From Cyanobacteria bacterium auto_48_18 (lineage in GTDB: Bacteria > Cyanobacteriota > Vampirovibrionia > Obscuribacterales > Obscuribacteraceae), in the NCBI GenBank assembly GCA_036170915.1, contig JAVHQC010000026.1, forward strand, positions 32,001 to 96,000: 64,000 nt of DNA, in the 5' to 3' direction. The notes under the pieces were generated by a model. It was not told the DNA's origin. It did no database searches and saw only the letters and a list, made by a program, of their open reading frames with translations. Positions 9,757 to 19,459 of the stretch are shown in pieces (within the stretch, counting starts at the first letter, position 1; the number at the start of each line of letters is the position of its first letter). The position numbers and the translations under genes were made by a program.

Positions 9757-10197
9757 TCAGGCGATGGGCGGCGGCGTTTTGCGGTCTAAATATTTCTGCA
9801 AAATTATGGCCGCGGCCTGTTTATCTACCATGTCTCGATTATGGCCGGTCTTCACTCCTTGCAGAGTGAGGGTGCGAATTGCAGAAATAGTTGTCAGCCT
9901 TTCGTCTTCATAAACTATTGGTAAACCGGTAGCATTGGCCAGCTTCTTGGCAAATGATTTGACCTTTTCGGCCTGATCGCCTGTCGAACCGTCCATGTTG
10001 TAAGGAAGTCCGATGACAATCTGAACAGCGCCATGACGTGCAGCTAGCGCGGCAATATTGTCTACATCTGTGCGCATGTTGACTCTGTGGATAGTCTCAA
10101 TGCCTGCTGCCGTATATCCAAGCGGATCTGAAATGGCGACGCCAATGCGTTTGTCGCCAACATCCAGACCAATCATGCGTGGTTTCAAATTGCTCAC
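9757..10197 (-). CDS. yqgF: Pre-16S rRNA nuclease YqgF / Holliday junction resolvase-like RuvX
   Basis: GLDVGDKRIGVAISD, VIGLPYNMDG, EDERLTT, VDKQAAAIILQ. Confidence 0.93.
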   Translation of the reverse strand: MSNLKPRMIGLDVGDKRIGVAISDPLGYTAAGIETIHRVNMRTDVDNIAALAARHGAVQIVIGLPYNMDGSTGDQAEKVKSFAKKLANATGLPIVYEDERLTTISAIRTLTLQGVKTGHNRDMVDKQAAAIILQKYLDRKTPPPIA

Positions 10198-10288
10198 CCG
10201 TAAATATTACATGGTCGAAAGGCTTTTCTAAGCAAAGCTAAAATCATGCGGCTGTAAAATAGCGAAGCACGATAGTAGCGAGGTTGCC

Positions 10289-10780
10289 ATGAGACTGTAT
10301 TTGGTGAGACACGGAATTGCTTCCGAACGTCTTGGTTCTGGAATTACAAGAGACGCCGACAGACCGCTCACCGATCAAGGCAAAGAAGAGATGCGCATAG
10401 TTGCCCGTGGCCTTTCTAAACTCAACGTGAAACCAGATGTGGTGCTATCGAGCCCGCTTGTGCGCACCAGAGAAACAGCTGAAATACTAGTGGCCGAGTT
10501 TGGCTGCGAACTGAAGTTTTCTGATGCTCTGGCACCAGGTGTAACAGCCAGTAATGTGTGGAAAAGTATTGCTCGCTATCCTGAAGCCGAGCAAATTGTG
10601 CTGGTGGGGCATGAACCAGATATGGGAATGTTGGTCAGCCAGCTAGTTTTTGCTGGTCCAGAGTTTGAGATGCCATTTAAAAGAGCCGGCGTCTGTCGCG
10701 TTGACGTTGCTGATATTCCACCTACAGCTCCAGGAACAATTAAGTGGTTTATTCCGCCTAAAGTATTTCATTCTCTATAA
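10289..10780 (+). CDS. sixA: Phosphohistidine phosphatase SixA
   Basis: LYLVRHG, DRPLT..G, SSPLVRT.ET, LVGHEP; GAGG RBS. Confidence 0.9.
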   Translation: MRLYLVRHGIASERLGSGITRDADRPLTDQGKEEMRIVARGLSKLNVKPDVVLSSPLVRTRETAEILVAEFGCELKFSDALAPGVTASNVWKSIARYPEAEQIVLVGHEPDMGMLVSQLVFAGPEFEMPFKRAGVCRVDVADIPPTAPGTIKWFIPPKVFHSL

Positions 10781-10795
10781 GAAGGTCGGTCTTTT

Positions 10796-11194
10796 ATGCT
10801 CAAAATTTTTCTCTCACTGCTGATCGTGCTGGCTACTTCTGCACCGCCTGCTTTTTCAAATTCGTTGCATATACAAGTTAAAAACGAAGCGGCCACAGGT
10901 TCTGCTGCCGGCATTGACGCTTATGGTCAAGACTTGACGCGCCGCTTAGCTGCGGCTTTTGTGCCACCAATTTGCAGCCAATCAAAACTAGTGCAAGTCG
11001 ATTTTGATGTGGCCAAAAATGGCACCATGTCAAATCCAACTATTGTGGTCTCGTCCAAGATTCCTATTCTTGACGAAAGTGTTTTGAAGGCCGTCAATCT
11101 GGCGGGTCCTACTTTTCGTCCTCTACCTGAGGGCTCACCAGCAACGGTGCATTTTTCCGCCGAATTTGATTATGTGATTGGCGTCAATAAATAG
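10796..11194 (+). CDS. Secreted stand-alone TonB/TolA C-terminal domain protein
   Basis: Signal peptide; V.F.V..NG......V.SS....LDES.L.AV...P.FRPLP pattern. Confidence 0.75.
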   Translation: MLKIFLSLLIVLATSAPPAFSNSLHIQVKNEAATGSAAGIDAYGQDLTRRLAAAFVPPICSQSKLVQVDFDVAKNGTMSNPTIVVSSKIPILDESVLKAVNLAGPTFRPLPEGSPATVHFSAEFDYVIGVNK

Positions 11195-11210
11195 GACTCT
11201 GGCGCAAAAA

Positions 11211-12239
11211 TTAGGCCATTGCTGCTGCAAGGGGAGCAGGCATAGCGTAATTGAGACGCTCAGCTTCTGTCAGGGCCTCAGCTTCAATTGCCCAGACATA
11301 CAGGCAGGTGAAAAATGCTGCTCTTATATAGATTGACATGGCTGTGACTACAATCACAGTAGAACCCCAAATGGCACCACCAAGGAGCACCAGCGGCGAA
11401 GCTAGAGACATGTGTGAAACGTAGGCGTAAGAGAATCCGGCCATACCACCACCAGCTACAAGCAACAGCACAACGCGATTGATAGTATCAATACCTATTT
11501 CGCCCACGCCAATAGTTATCAGGTTGCCTTGACCAATGCGGTCCGAGCGCTTGAGGGCGCCCCAGAACGAAGTGCCTTCGATCACAATGGCTGGCAAAAT
11601 TAAGTGTCCGGCCATGGTCCAGAAAATTTCCACAATACTCGATAAGAAATTGACACCCATGCCAAATATGCCTGAGCCTCGCTTATCGCGCATAAAACGA
11701 GCAATACGCTTGGCGATAAGAGTTACCAGACCAAGAGTGATGATGGCGGGAAGTGAGCTAAATACAGCGGCACATGAGGTGGAGAATTTGCCGGAGCCGG
11801 CACCCTCGGTCAAGTGGCTGTAGACCAGCGCTGTGGTAACCCCTTCGAGGAAGCGGTTAGTTAGCCACCAGAGTGACAGTATGGCAATCACGGCAAAAAC
11901 GGCATCAGGGCTGGCGGCTTGTTGCAACGCGCCTACGCCGCTCTGGTCCCAGGGGCCGTTAAGCGCTGTCTGACCGAGAAGCTGTTGGATGCCTTCAGGT
12001 GTGGGAGTAATATGCTTGGCGGCGTGGTGGCTCTGGCCTTTGAGTGCGTGAGCCGCCCCGCTGGCGGCACTTTGACCAGTGGCGGCCAGGCGTGACTTTC
12101 CTTCAAGGAAAAGCATTATGGCAAAGAAGAAATTACTAAAAACGGTCAGTATTGCTGGAAAGAGCAATCGTTTATCTTGCCAGCCCATTTTAATGGCTGC
12201 CATTATCATCTTAAAGCCCCGACCAAATGATTCAAACAT
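11211..12239 (-). CDS. Multi-pass membrane protein (DUF6159-like)
   Basis: About 6 TM helices; LILPAIVIEG.SFWGALKRS, FFTCLY patterns; AGAGGA RBS. Confidence 0.6.
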   Translation of the reverse strand: MFESFGRGFKMIMAAIKMGWQDKRLLFPAILTVFSNFFFAIMLFLEGKSRLAATGQSAASGAAHALKGQSHHAAKHITPTPEGIQQLLGQTALNGPWDQSGVGALQQAASPDAVFAVIAILSLWWLTNRFLEGVTTALVYSHLTEGAGSGKFSTSCAAVFSSLPAIITLGLVTLIAKRIARFMRDKRGSGIFGMGVNFLSSIVEIFWTMAGHLILPAIVIEGTSFWGALKRSDRIGQGNLITIGVGEIGIDTINRVVLLLVAGGGMAGFSYAYVSHMSLASPLVLLGGAIWGSTVIVVTAMSIYIRAAFFTCLYVWAIEAEALTEAERLNYAMPAPLAAAMA

Positions 12240-12286
12240 GACTCATATCCTCTAACGGCTTGTGCCGCATGGCCTTTGAATAGAAT

Positions 12287-12302
12287 TTGCCCAATTGGGC
12301 AA
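12287..12302. promoter_or_regulatory. Perfect 16-bp palindrome TTGCCCAATTGGGCAA (operator or hairpin)
   Basis: Read directly; lies 48-63 nt upstream of the 12239 start codon. Confidence 0.5.
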
Positions 12303-12431
12303 GCTTTTAGTAAGAAAAACCGGAAACCCGTAAAGGCTCACTGGCTGGTCATCAATGACCTTTGAGGTAATCTCTAGAAGATAACACCAGTTGGCCAGGA
12401 AGCGGCCAGTGCTCTATGAAACCTCGCCTGT

Positions 12432-12460
12432 ATTGTAATTAGTTGCCAAGCGAATGTAAA
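12432..12460 (-). promoter_or_regulatory. Sigma70-type promoter TTTACA-N17-TACAAT
   Basis: Near-consensus -35 (12455-12460) and -10 (12432-12437) on the minus strand with 17-nt spacer, pointing at 11211..12239. Confidence 0.6.
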
Positions 12461-12480
12461 GAACTTTTTTAACCTTTGCG

Positions 12481-14412
12481 CTAAATTTTTTCAATTTCCA
12501 GATCTTCCTCCGGATACATGGAGTCTAGAACAGCCTGATACTTGGCTGTGACAAACTTGCGCTTAACCTTAAAAGTGGGGGTAAGTTCTTCTTCTTCCAC
12601 TGTAAAGTCGTTGTCTAAAATCTCGTAACGCTTGATGCGTTCGAATGTAGCTAGAGCCTGATTGATGCGGTTGACCGCCGCGTCCACTTCTTCTTTAATC
12701 AAAGGGTGCTGATAGAGTTCTTCTACTTTTTTATAGCTTAGCTTGTGACGGTCGGCCACACTCTTGACCATGTCTTGGTTGAGAGTGAGCAGGCAGGTTA
12801 TAAATTTGCGCCGATCACCGTAAACCAGGCAGTGACTAATAAAGGCTTCCCCTTTGAAGAGATTTTCAATGTACTGTGGGGCCACGTGTTTGCCGCCGGC
12901 AGTAATAATGATGTCTTTTTTGCGGTCTTTAATAATGATGAAACCGTCAGCGTCAATGGCGGCAATATCGCCGGTTTTGAACCAGCCGTCTTCGAAAGCT
13001 TCCCTTGTTGCTTCTGGGTTTTTGTAATAGGTAGAAAAAACGCTGGGCCCTTTAACTAAAAGTTCTCCGTCTTCAGCAACTTTCACTTCGATGCCATCAA
13101 GCGGTTTGCCCACCGTGCCCGGTCTGTTGGTTTCAAGAGCATTACAGGCAAGCGGTGCGCTTGTTTCAGTCAGGCCATAGCCTTCTAAAATGTTGAGACC
13201 GATGGTATCAAAAAAGCGCTGCACCTCAGGCGGCAGTGGGGCCGCACCAGAAATAAGCATGCGCAGGCGACCGCCAAACCGTCGTCTGATTTTAGAAAAT
13301 ACCAGACGATCTGCCGCCCTAAGCTCTGCTGCGTGCAATTGTTTGATGATGGCGTTTTTGGTATCTGGTGCAGATGGGCGCACGATCTTTGCCGCCACTT
13401 GTGCGCTTGCGCTGCCTCTCTCTATCTCGCCGTCGCTATCAACTTCACCCGAAAACGAGCCATTGCTTGGTGTCACCAGTGGTGGCTTTTTGTTCAAACC
13501 GAAGGCCCAGTTGATCAAAATTTGCTGAGCTTTTGGCAGATTCTTAACTTCACTTTGTATGCGCTGATAGGCTTTCTCGTAAAAGCGCGGCACACCGTTA
13601 ATAATGGTGGGATGAGTTTCAGTCATATTGCGCGGCACGGTTTCAATTGCCTCAGCATAAGCCATAGGCACGCCGCCGTATATGCTCAAGAACTGCCCAC
13701 CTACTCGTTCGTACACGTGTGAAAGCGGCAGGAAAGAAAGGGCCAGATCGTTTTCAGAAAAATGCATGCGCTGGTCGACGGCCTGACAGACAGCAAAAAT
13801 GTTGTGATGAGAAAGCATCACTCCTTTAGGAATACCAGTGGTGCCAGATGTATAAACAATCGATGCCACTGTATCTGGTGTTATATGCTTTTTGCTATCT
13901 TGCACAAGATCTTTGTGTGAAAGTAAATAAACTTCTCCGTCCTTAAGCAAATCGTCCCATTTAAGAATGCGCAATTTTTCTGATGATGGCGGAGCGTTGC
14001 CGTCAAGCATCACCACAAATTGCAATTTCGGTGCCAAAGTGGGGCGATCTAAAATTTTGCGCAGCTGAAATTCGTTTTCTACAAAAACTCCAATTGAATC
14101 GCTGTGCTGAATGAGAAAATCGACTTCTGGTGCGTTCAAAGTCGGATAAATAGGAATTGTTACCGCACCTAGTGAAAGGGTGGCAAGATCTGACCATGTC
14201 CATTTCGGATTTGGCTGAGACAAAATTGAAAGGTGAGTGCCGGCGACCACGCCAAGTTTAGCCAGGCCGCCCATGGCAAGCTCGACAACGCGCCCGTGTT
14301 CGCGCCAGATAACTGGTGCATATGTGCCCTGCACCTTATGATAAATGGCCGGTTTTTCGCCGGACTGCACACGCCGCCAGAAGACATCGATAATTGTCTT
14401 TTCACTGTCCAT
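12481..14412 (-). CDS. Long-chain-fatty-acid--CoA/ACP ligase (FadD15/Aas-like)
   Basis: YTSGTTGIPKG AMP-binding motif, FLPLSHVYER, EGYGLTET, WFKTGD, DRKKD, ELTPTFKVKR. Confidence 0.9.
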   Translation of the reverse strand: MDSEKTIIDVFWRRVQSGEKPAIYHKVQGTYAPVIWREHGRVVELAMGGLAKLGVVAGTHLSILSQPNPKWTWSDLATLSLGAVTIPIYPTLNAPEVDFLIQHSDSIGVFVENEFQLRKILDRPTLAPKLQFVVMLDGNAPPSSEKLRILKWDDLLKDGEVYLLSHKDLVQDSKKHITPDTVASIVYTSGTTGIPKGVMLSHHNIFAVCQAVDQRMHFSENDLALSFLPLSHVYERVGGQFLSIYGGVPMAYAEAIETVPRNMTETHPTIINGVPRFYEKAYQRIQSEVKNLPKAQQILINWAFGLNKKPPLVTPSNGSFSGEVDSDGEIERGSASAQVAAKIVRPSAPDTKNAIIKQLHAAELRAADRLVFSKIRRRFGGRLRMLISGAAPLPPEVQRFFDTIGLNILEGYGLTETSAPLACNALETNRPGTVGKPLDGIEVKVAEDGELLVKGPSVFSTYYKNPEATREAFEDGWFKTGDIAAIDADGFIIIKDRKKDIIITAGGKHVAPQYIENLFKGEAFISHCLVYGDRRKFITCLLTLNQDMVKSVADRHKLSYKKVEELYQHPLIKEEVDAAVNRINQALATFERIKRYEILDNDFTVEEEELTPTFKVKRKFVTAKYQAVLDSMYPEEDLEIEKI

Positions 14413-14443
14413 GCGTGTTGAACCCTATCAATTTGATCCTGCT

Positions 14444-14767
14444 TCAGTTTGTGATCTTAGATTCTGAATTGAGCCACTCTAAATATGGTGCATATCCTTT
14501 ATCTATAGCCAAGCAAATTATTTCTGGAATTTCGTAAGAGTGCAGTTCTTTTATTCTTGCTTCGAGTCTATCGTAAACGATAGAAGATGATTTGATCACA
14601 AGAAGTGTTTCTTGATCTTTGACGATTTCACCTTTCCATTTATAAATGGATGTTACTTTCGGCAGAATATTGATGCAAGCAACCAGACCTTCTTGCACTA
14701 GAGTTTCGCTGATCTGTTCAGCTTCGCTCTGAGGGCAACTGACAAGCACCACCACTTCTCCGGCCAT
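14444..14767 (-). CDS. cutA: Divalent-cation tolerance protein CutA
   Basis: LVACINI, SIYKWKG, HSYEIPEII, YLEW. Confidence 0.93.
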   Translation of the reverse strand: MAGEVVVLVSCPQSEAEQISETLVQEGLVACINILPKVTSIYKWKGEIVKDQETLLVIKSSSIVYDRLEARIKELHSYEIPEIICLAIDKGYAPYLEWLNSESKITN

Positions 14768-15876
14768 CAGTCACTACTCTTGGCTAATTCGCTTCCGGCT
14801 TCAGCAATAAATGAGGCAATTAATTCAGCCGCCCGCTGAAACTGCAAAGACTGCAGACGGGGCATACGATAGCGTTTATGCAGACGGATGATTACCACCG
14901 GTACTTTTAAATCGTTGGCGGCATAGTCGGCAAAGGGTCGCAAATTTTGATCAAAGCTGCGTGCGCCAATTGCCTCTAGCTCGCAAAGCCTCAGCTTTAG
15001 CCGGCTTTCGTAGTCTTCATAGACTGAAGGTTCGCCGTAAGCAGAAATTTGTACACCAGGGGCCTCTTGCCAGGTAGAGCCCATAAGCATCACCACAAGA
15101 CCAACCTGACCGCCTTTGACGATATCGGTAAAGACACGTCTGAAGGGCGTCTCCAAGTACCAGCAGGGGTCTGCCACCATACAAAAATTGCTCATCAACG
15201 TGTGGCATCCGGTCATGCGATTGAGTAGAGCAGACATACTTCCGGTGAAAGACTCTTGCTCGTAAAATTCGCCTTCACGCCAGTGTGCTGTGGCATGGGG
15301 CGCCACCACCAGTACAGGCAAATCGCCGCCCAAAAACTTGTAATCAGGTTCGCCGGAAGGTGGCATTTGTTCATAACGTTCTGCCAGCAGCGACTCATAC
15401 TGCACCGCCCAATCCACCGGATCTACCTGCGGTTGCTGGCCGATGATGTACTGCAGAGCATGATCTAATTCGTTAAATCGGGCTTGCGAATGAGAAAGCA
15501 CCCAGGGGTTAAAGGGCGAAGGACCAACCACGGTCACCATCTTGCCCCGACGGTGTGCATAAAACATCTCCATGGCGGCACCGTAGCTGGGACGTTCTAG
15601 ATTGGCAAGCAGCCCATCACTTTGATCAATCAGTTCAAGAGCACGTTGCACTCGCTGATCTGACGATCCGGCTAATTCAATGGCGTCTAAAAAATCAACC
15701 TCTGACCAGGCAAACTCAAGTGGATTAATCACCCGCAGGCCGTGGTTTTGCAGCCTTGTCAGAGCAAATGTGCGCCAGTCTGGATTATTCAGGCTATTAA
15801 AAACAGCCGCCGCGGGCGACAGCTGGGCGGGATCGATAGATCCACCGGTGAGATAAATTGACGACAGGAGCGACAA
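14767..15876 (-). CDS. Fusion of a nucleoside 2-deoxyribosyltransferase-like domain and a degenerate N-formylglutamate amidohydrolase-like domain
   Basis: IYLTGG..DWR..VINP..IDQSDGLLA..GAAMEMFYA..GK, then PVLVVAPH..H.R.G..E.FTG..DP; TTG 15876 follows an AGGAAG element (ORF track start 15912). Confidence 0.65.
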   Translation of the reverse strand: MSLLSSIYLTGGSIDPAQLSPAAAVFNSLNNPDWRTFALTRLQNHGLRVINPLEFAWSEVDFLDAIELAGSSDQRVQRALELIDQSDGLLANLERPSYGAAMEMFYAHRRGKMVTVVGPSPFNPWVLSHSQARFNELDHALQYIIGQQPQVDPVDWAVQYESLLAERYEQMPPSGEPDYKFLGGDLPVLVVAPHATAHWREGEFYEQESFTGSMSALLNRMTGCHTLMSNFCMVADPCWYLETPFRRVFTDIVKGGQVGLVVMLMGSTWQEAPGVQISAYGEPSVYEDYESRLKLRLCELEAIGARSFDQNLRPFADYAANDLKVPVVIIRLHKRYRMPRLQSLQFQRAAELIASFIAEAGSELAKSSD

Positions 15877-16086
15877 TTTCGACTTCTTCCTTTTGAGTTT
15901 TACCCTGAACAATAGATCTACTGCCCATCTAACACACTATATACCACAGGAATAGCACTTTCACCACTAATTGGAATCATCTGGGACGGCATCTGGGTAA
16001 GGCTTTAGCTCTATCTGAGTGAAAAATACAGAGCGCTCTGCATATCAATCAAGTATGCTTTTGCTTTGCACCTGACTGGAGTATTC

Positions 16087-16590
16087 ATGAAAGTTCGCGC
16101 TAAGACCGTCGGTGTGGCCGTTACCGCTTCAGCAATTATTCTCGCTTTTGCAATTGTGGGGCTGGCAGCCTGTACTACTCAGGCCCCTGTGAAAGACAGT
16201 TACACGCCTATAAATTCGAATATAAATTCGAGTGCCAGCGTTGCTCCGCAGCCAGCAATCTTTGAAGATGAAATTCTAGCGGCTCATGCTAATCGTCAGA
16301 CTAATGTGGAAGTTACCTGCACATTGCCGGTCAAGCGCATGCTGCCTCAAGATAATAAAGGCGAGAAACACGAGAAGTTTATTTTGCAGATGTCCAACGG
16401 TTCCACCATTTTAGTGGCGCATAACATCAGTCGCGCCCCCTATGTGCCTATATCTGAAGGTGATGTGGTAACTGTGCGCGGAGAATATATTTGGAACCGC
16501 AAGGGTGGTGTAATTCACTGGACACATCTAAGCGATACACCAAAACACCCAAGTGGTTATATCGATTTTGCCGGCCAGCGATACCAGTAG
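16087..16590 (+). CDS. DUF3465 family lipoprotein
   Basis: LAAC lipobox; HEKFIL, LVAHNI, GEYIWN.KGGVIHWTH..P.H..G..Y motif. Confidence 0.8.
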   Translation: MKVRAKTVGVAVTASAIILAFAIVGLAACTTQAPVKDSYTPINSNINSSASVAPQPAIFEDEILAAHANRQTNVEVTCTLPVKRMLPQDNKGEKHEKFILQMSNGSTILVAHNISRAPYVPISEGDVVTVRGEYIWNRKGGVIHWTHLSDTPKHPSGYIDFAGQRYQ

Positions 16591-16786
16591 AAAATATTCA
16601 TAAACCACCTTGGCAGCAGCCTCCATATGTGGTGCCTGTCACCAAACTGCGCCCCTTGACAGCATCTCGATTATCTTAGAATTTGCTCATGGAAATGTTA
16701 ATAGATTTGCACAATGCTTTTCATTAGTTTGACTGGCACTTATACTCGAGGAGTGTTTCGTCCGCGGACCATTTGAGGACAATTTA

Positions 16787-17116
16787 GTGATTAAGTCAGT
16801 TCTTAGACAGATAGCCGCAGCGGCCTTTCTTACAAGTGTTGTTGCTTCCGCTGTAGCCTTTGCTGCTGATGCAGTTGCCAGTGACATTACTGAAAAAGAG
16901 CCTCAATTGACATTGATTGCAGTGGCACCAGGCATCCGTCACGCTGACCCTGCCATTCAACAAGCAGTAGATTATTTGAGCAAAAGTGATCAAGCGGTGG
17001 AAGTCAAGAATCGCCGTCGCAATGTCAGACCTGCTTATGACAGCAAGGTTGTGAAAAACAAGCTCAATCTAGACAAAGTTTTGATTTTAGGCGGCTCTAA
17101 CGTCGTACCTATGTAA
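16787..17116 (+). CDS. Hypothetical secreted protein
   Basis: GAGGA RBS, GTG start, Ala-rich signal peptide. Confidence 0.6.
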   Translation: MIKSVLRQIAAAAFLTSVVASAVAFAADAVASDITEKEPQLTLIAVAPGIRHADPAIQQAVDYLSKSDQAVEVKNRRRNVRPAYDSKVVKNKLNLDKVLILGGSNVVPM

Positions 17117-17122
17117 ACTGAC

Positions 17123-18865
17123 GTGGACGCTAAATCACTGTCTTTTAATCAGCCTCTCAGCTATGACTACGGCCACTGCAATGAGTTGCTGGGATTTACT
17201 CTCAGCAATCATCTTGATTTAATCTGCCAGATGCAGCCGCAAGCTGAAATGATAATCAGTTGCCTGGAAGATAAAAGACTTACATACAGCCAGTTTAAAC
17301 ACGAAACCGATAAACTGGCGCGCGCACTGCTGGCACGCGGCATTGAGCGGGGCGATCGCGTAGGCATCTGGTCGGCAAATAACTGGCGCTGGCTGGCTGT
17401 TCTTTATGCCACGGCTCGTATCGGCGCTGTCCTCGTTAATATCAATCCGGCCTACCGCACAAGTGAAGTTGAATATGTACTGAAACAGTCAGGCGTGAAG
17501 CTGCTTTTCGCCATTGCTTCCAATCGCGGCAGTAATTATCTCGAGATGCTGCAAGAGTTGGCACCCCATGTCTTTAGTGGCGCATGTGATACCACTAGCG
17601 ATTTAAAAGATATTGTGATTATGCCGGCGGTAAACATCGACGGTTCTCCTCAGATAGCAGACTTCAGAGTGACTACCTCACTATTGACCTGGAACGGTCT
17701 CGTTGAGCTCTCACCCACTATTTCGCCCGACTTGCTGGCAGAGCGCGAGCGTAGTGTGCAATTCGATGATGCCGTTAATATTCAGTATACGTCTGGAACC
17801 ACTGGTTTTCCTAAAGGTGTTACCCTTTCACACCATAATTTGCTCAATAACGCTTTGTTTGCCGCTCGCGCCATGGCCCTTGATACCACTTCGCGCTTTT
17901 GTGTGCCAATGCCTTTTTATCACTGCGGCGGCATGGTCAGCTCAGCTCTTGCTACTTTTTCAGTGGGTGGCACTCTGGTTCTTCCTGGTCCTTATTTTGA
18001 AGAATCGACTGTCATGAGCGCGGTGCAGCAAGAGAAGTGCACACATCTGTCGGGTGTGCCCACAATGTTCATTACTCAGCTTGAACATCCACGATTTAAG
18101 GAACACGATTACAGTTCGCTAAAGGGTGGATTTTTAGCCGGGGCACCATGCCCGGTGCAGTTAATGCGACGGGTCGCCAGTGAGATGCATGTGCCTGAAG
18201 TGGTGATTCTCTATGGCTTGACTGAAGTATCGCCGCTGATGACAGCCACTACTACTACCGACTCTATGGAAATTCGCGCCACCACAGTTGGTCGCGCCAT
18301 ACCTGGGGTGGAAGTGAAAGTAGTGGATGCGCTGACAGGGGAGATTGTTCCCCGTGGCACTCAAGGTGAGATTTGTTGTCGTGGTCACGGCATTATGCTT
18401 GGCTATTGGCAAAATGCCCAGGCCACAAGTGATTGTATTGACGCTGCTGGTTGGCTTCATTCAGGCGATCTGGGAGTAATGAATGCTAGTGGCTATCTGC
18501 ATATTACCGGCCGCAAAAAAGACATGATTATTCGCGGTGGCGAAAATATCTACCCTCGTGAAATTGAAGAAGTTTTGCACCACCATCCGGCAATCTCGCA
18601 AGCTCAAGTTTTTGGCTTGCCGGATGCGCGTTTAGGTGAAGAAGTGGCTCTATGGCTAATACTTAAGAGCGAGGCAAAATTGACCGAGCGTGAATTAACG
18701 GAATGGCTCAAGCAAGAAATGGCGCATTTTAAAATTCCGCGTTATGTCAAATTTGTTGATCATTTCCCCATGACCGTAACAGGTAAAGTGCAGAAGTTTG
18801 CCATGAGAGAGCAGATGGTGATTGAGCTTGGTCTGACCGCAGCGGCAGCAATAGAGACCGCCTAG
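17123..18865 (+). CDS. AMP-binding acyl-CoA synthetase (ACSF2/LcfB-like)
   Basis: NIQYTSGTTGFPKG, YGLTE, WLHSGD, GRKKDMIIRGGENIYPREIEE, PMTVTGKVQK. Confidence 0.9.
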   Translation: MDAKSLSFNQPLSYDYGHCNELLGFTLSNHLDLICQMQPQAEMIISCLEDKRLTYSQFKHETDKLARALLARGIERGDRVGIWSANNWRWLAVLYATARIGAVLVNINPAYRTSEVEYVLKQSGVKLLFAIASNRGSNYLEMLQELAPHVFSGACDTTSDLKDIVIMPAVNIDGSPQIADFRVTTSLLTWNGLVELSPTISPDLLAERERSVQFDDAVNIQYTSGTTGFPKGVTLSHHNLLNNALFAARAMALDTTSRFCVPMPFYHCGGMVSSALATFSVGGTLVLPGPYFEESTVMSAVQQEKCTHLSGVPTMFITQLEHPRFKEHDYSSLKGGFLAGAPCPVQLMRRVASEMHVPEVVILYGLTEVSPLMTATTTTDSMEIRATTVGRAIPGVEVKVVDALTGEIVPRGTQGEICCRGHGIMLGYWQNAQATSDCIDAAGWLHSGDLGVMNASGYLHITGRKKDMIIRGGENIYPREIEEVLHHHPAISQAQVFGLPDARLGEEVALWLILKSEAKLTERELTEWLKQEMAHFKIPRYVKFVDHFPMTVTGKVQKFAMREQMVIELGLTAAAAIETA

Positions 18866-18889
18866 ACATGCTCTATACTGTTGATATAA

Positions 18890-19360
18890 ATGTCTAATTC
18901 ATCGCCACCAAATACAAACCGACGCAAACCTAAAAATGTCATTCTAGCCTGGCCGCTTATTCGTAAGCTTGAAAGTCTGGCCTTTTTAGCAATGTTTATC
19001 GCCGTGCCCTTTTTTGGCTATCGAGTGGTTGATTACACCACTCGCCATCTGGCTTTAAACAATGCTGCTCACGATCTGGTCAAAGACATTCGTAAAGTCA
19101 AACAATTAGCCACCCAACTCGAAACGGCCATTACGGTGGAGTCTGTGCCACCAGTGGAAGGCAAACCCGCCTCATACATTATTAAAACCGAGCGTAAAAC
19201 CCTGGAAGAGGTGCTTTTGCCCCCAGGGGTGACAATGATTGGCGGCATTACATTTTCGAAAGAGGGTTTGCCCAGTCATCCTTCAACTTTTGACGTGCAC
19301 ATGGATACGCGCTCTCTGGCTGTAGATATCGACGGGAACGGCATTGTTACCCTGCCATGA
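18890..19360 (+). CDS. FimT/GspH-like pilin-fold protein
   Basis: N-terminal TM helix followed by LNNAAHDLVKDIRKVKQLA, then ITFSKEG.P and DGNG motifs. Confidence 0.55.
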   Translation: MSNSSPPNTNRRKPKNVILAWPLIRKLESLAFLAMFIAVPFFGYRVVDYTTRHLALNNAAHDLVKDIRKVKQLATQLETAITVESVPPVEGKPASYIIKTERKTLEEVLLPPGVTMIGGITFSKEGLPSHPSTFDVHMDTRSLAVDIDGNGIVTLP

Positions 19361-19459
19361 GCGTCGGACTGCCTGGCTTCAAAATAGGTTTTCGCTGGAA
19401 CATTTAGGCAATTGTTGTTGTCTTATAGTCTATACCGATAACACTATAGGGACCAAATC

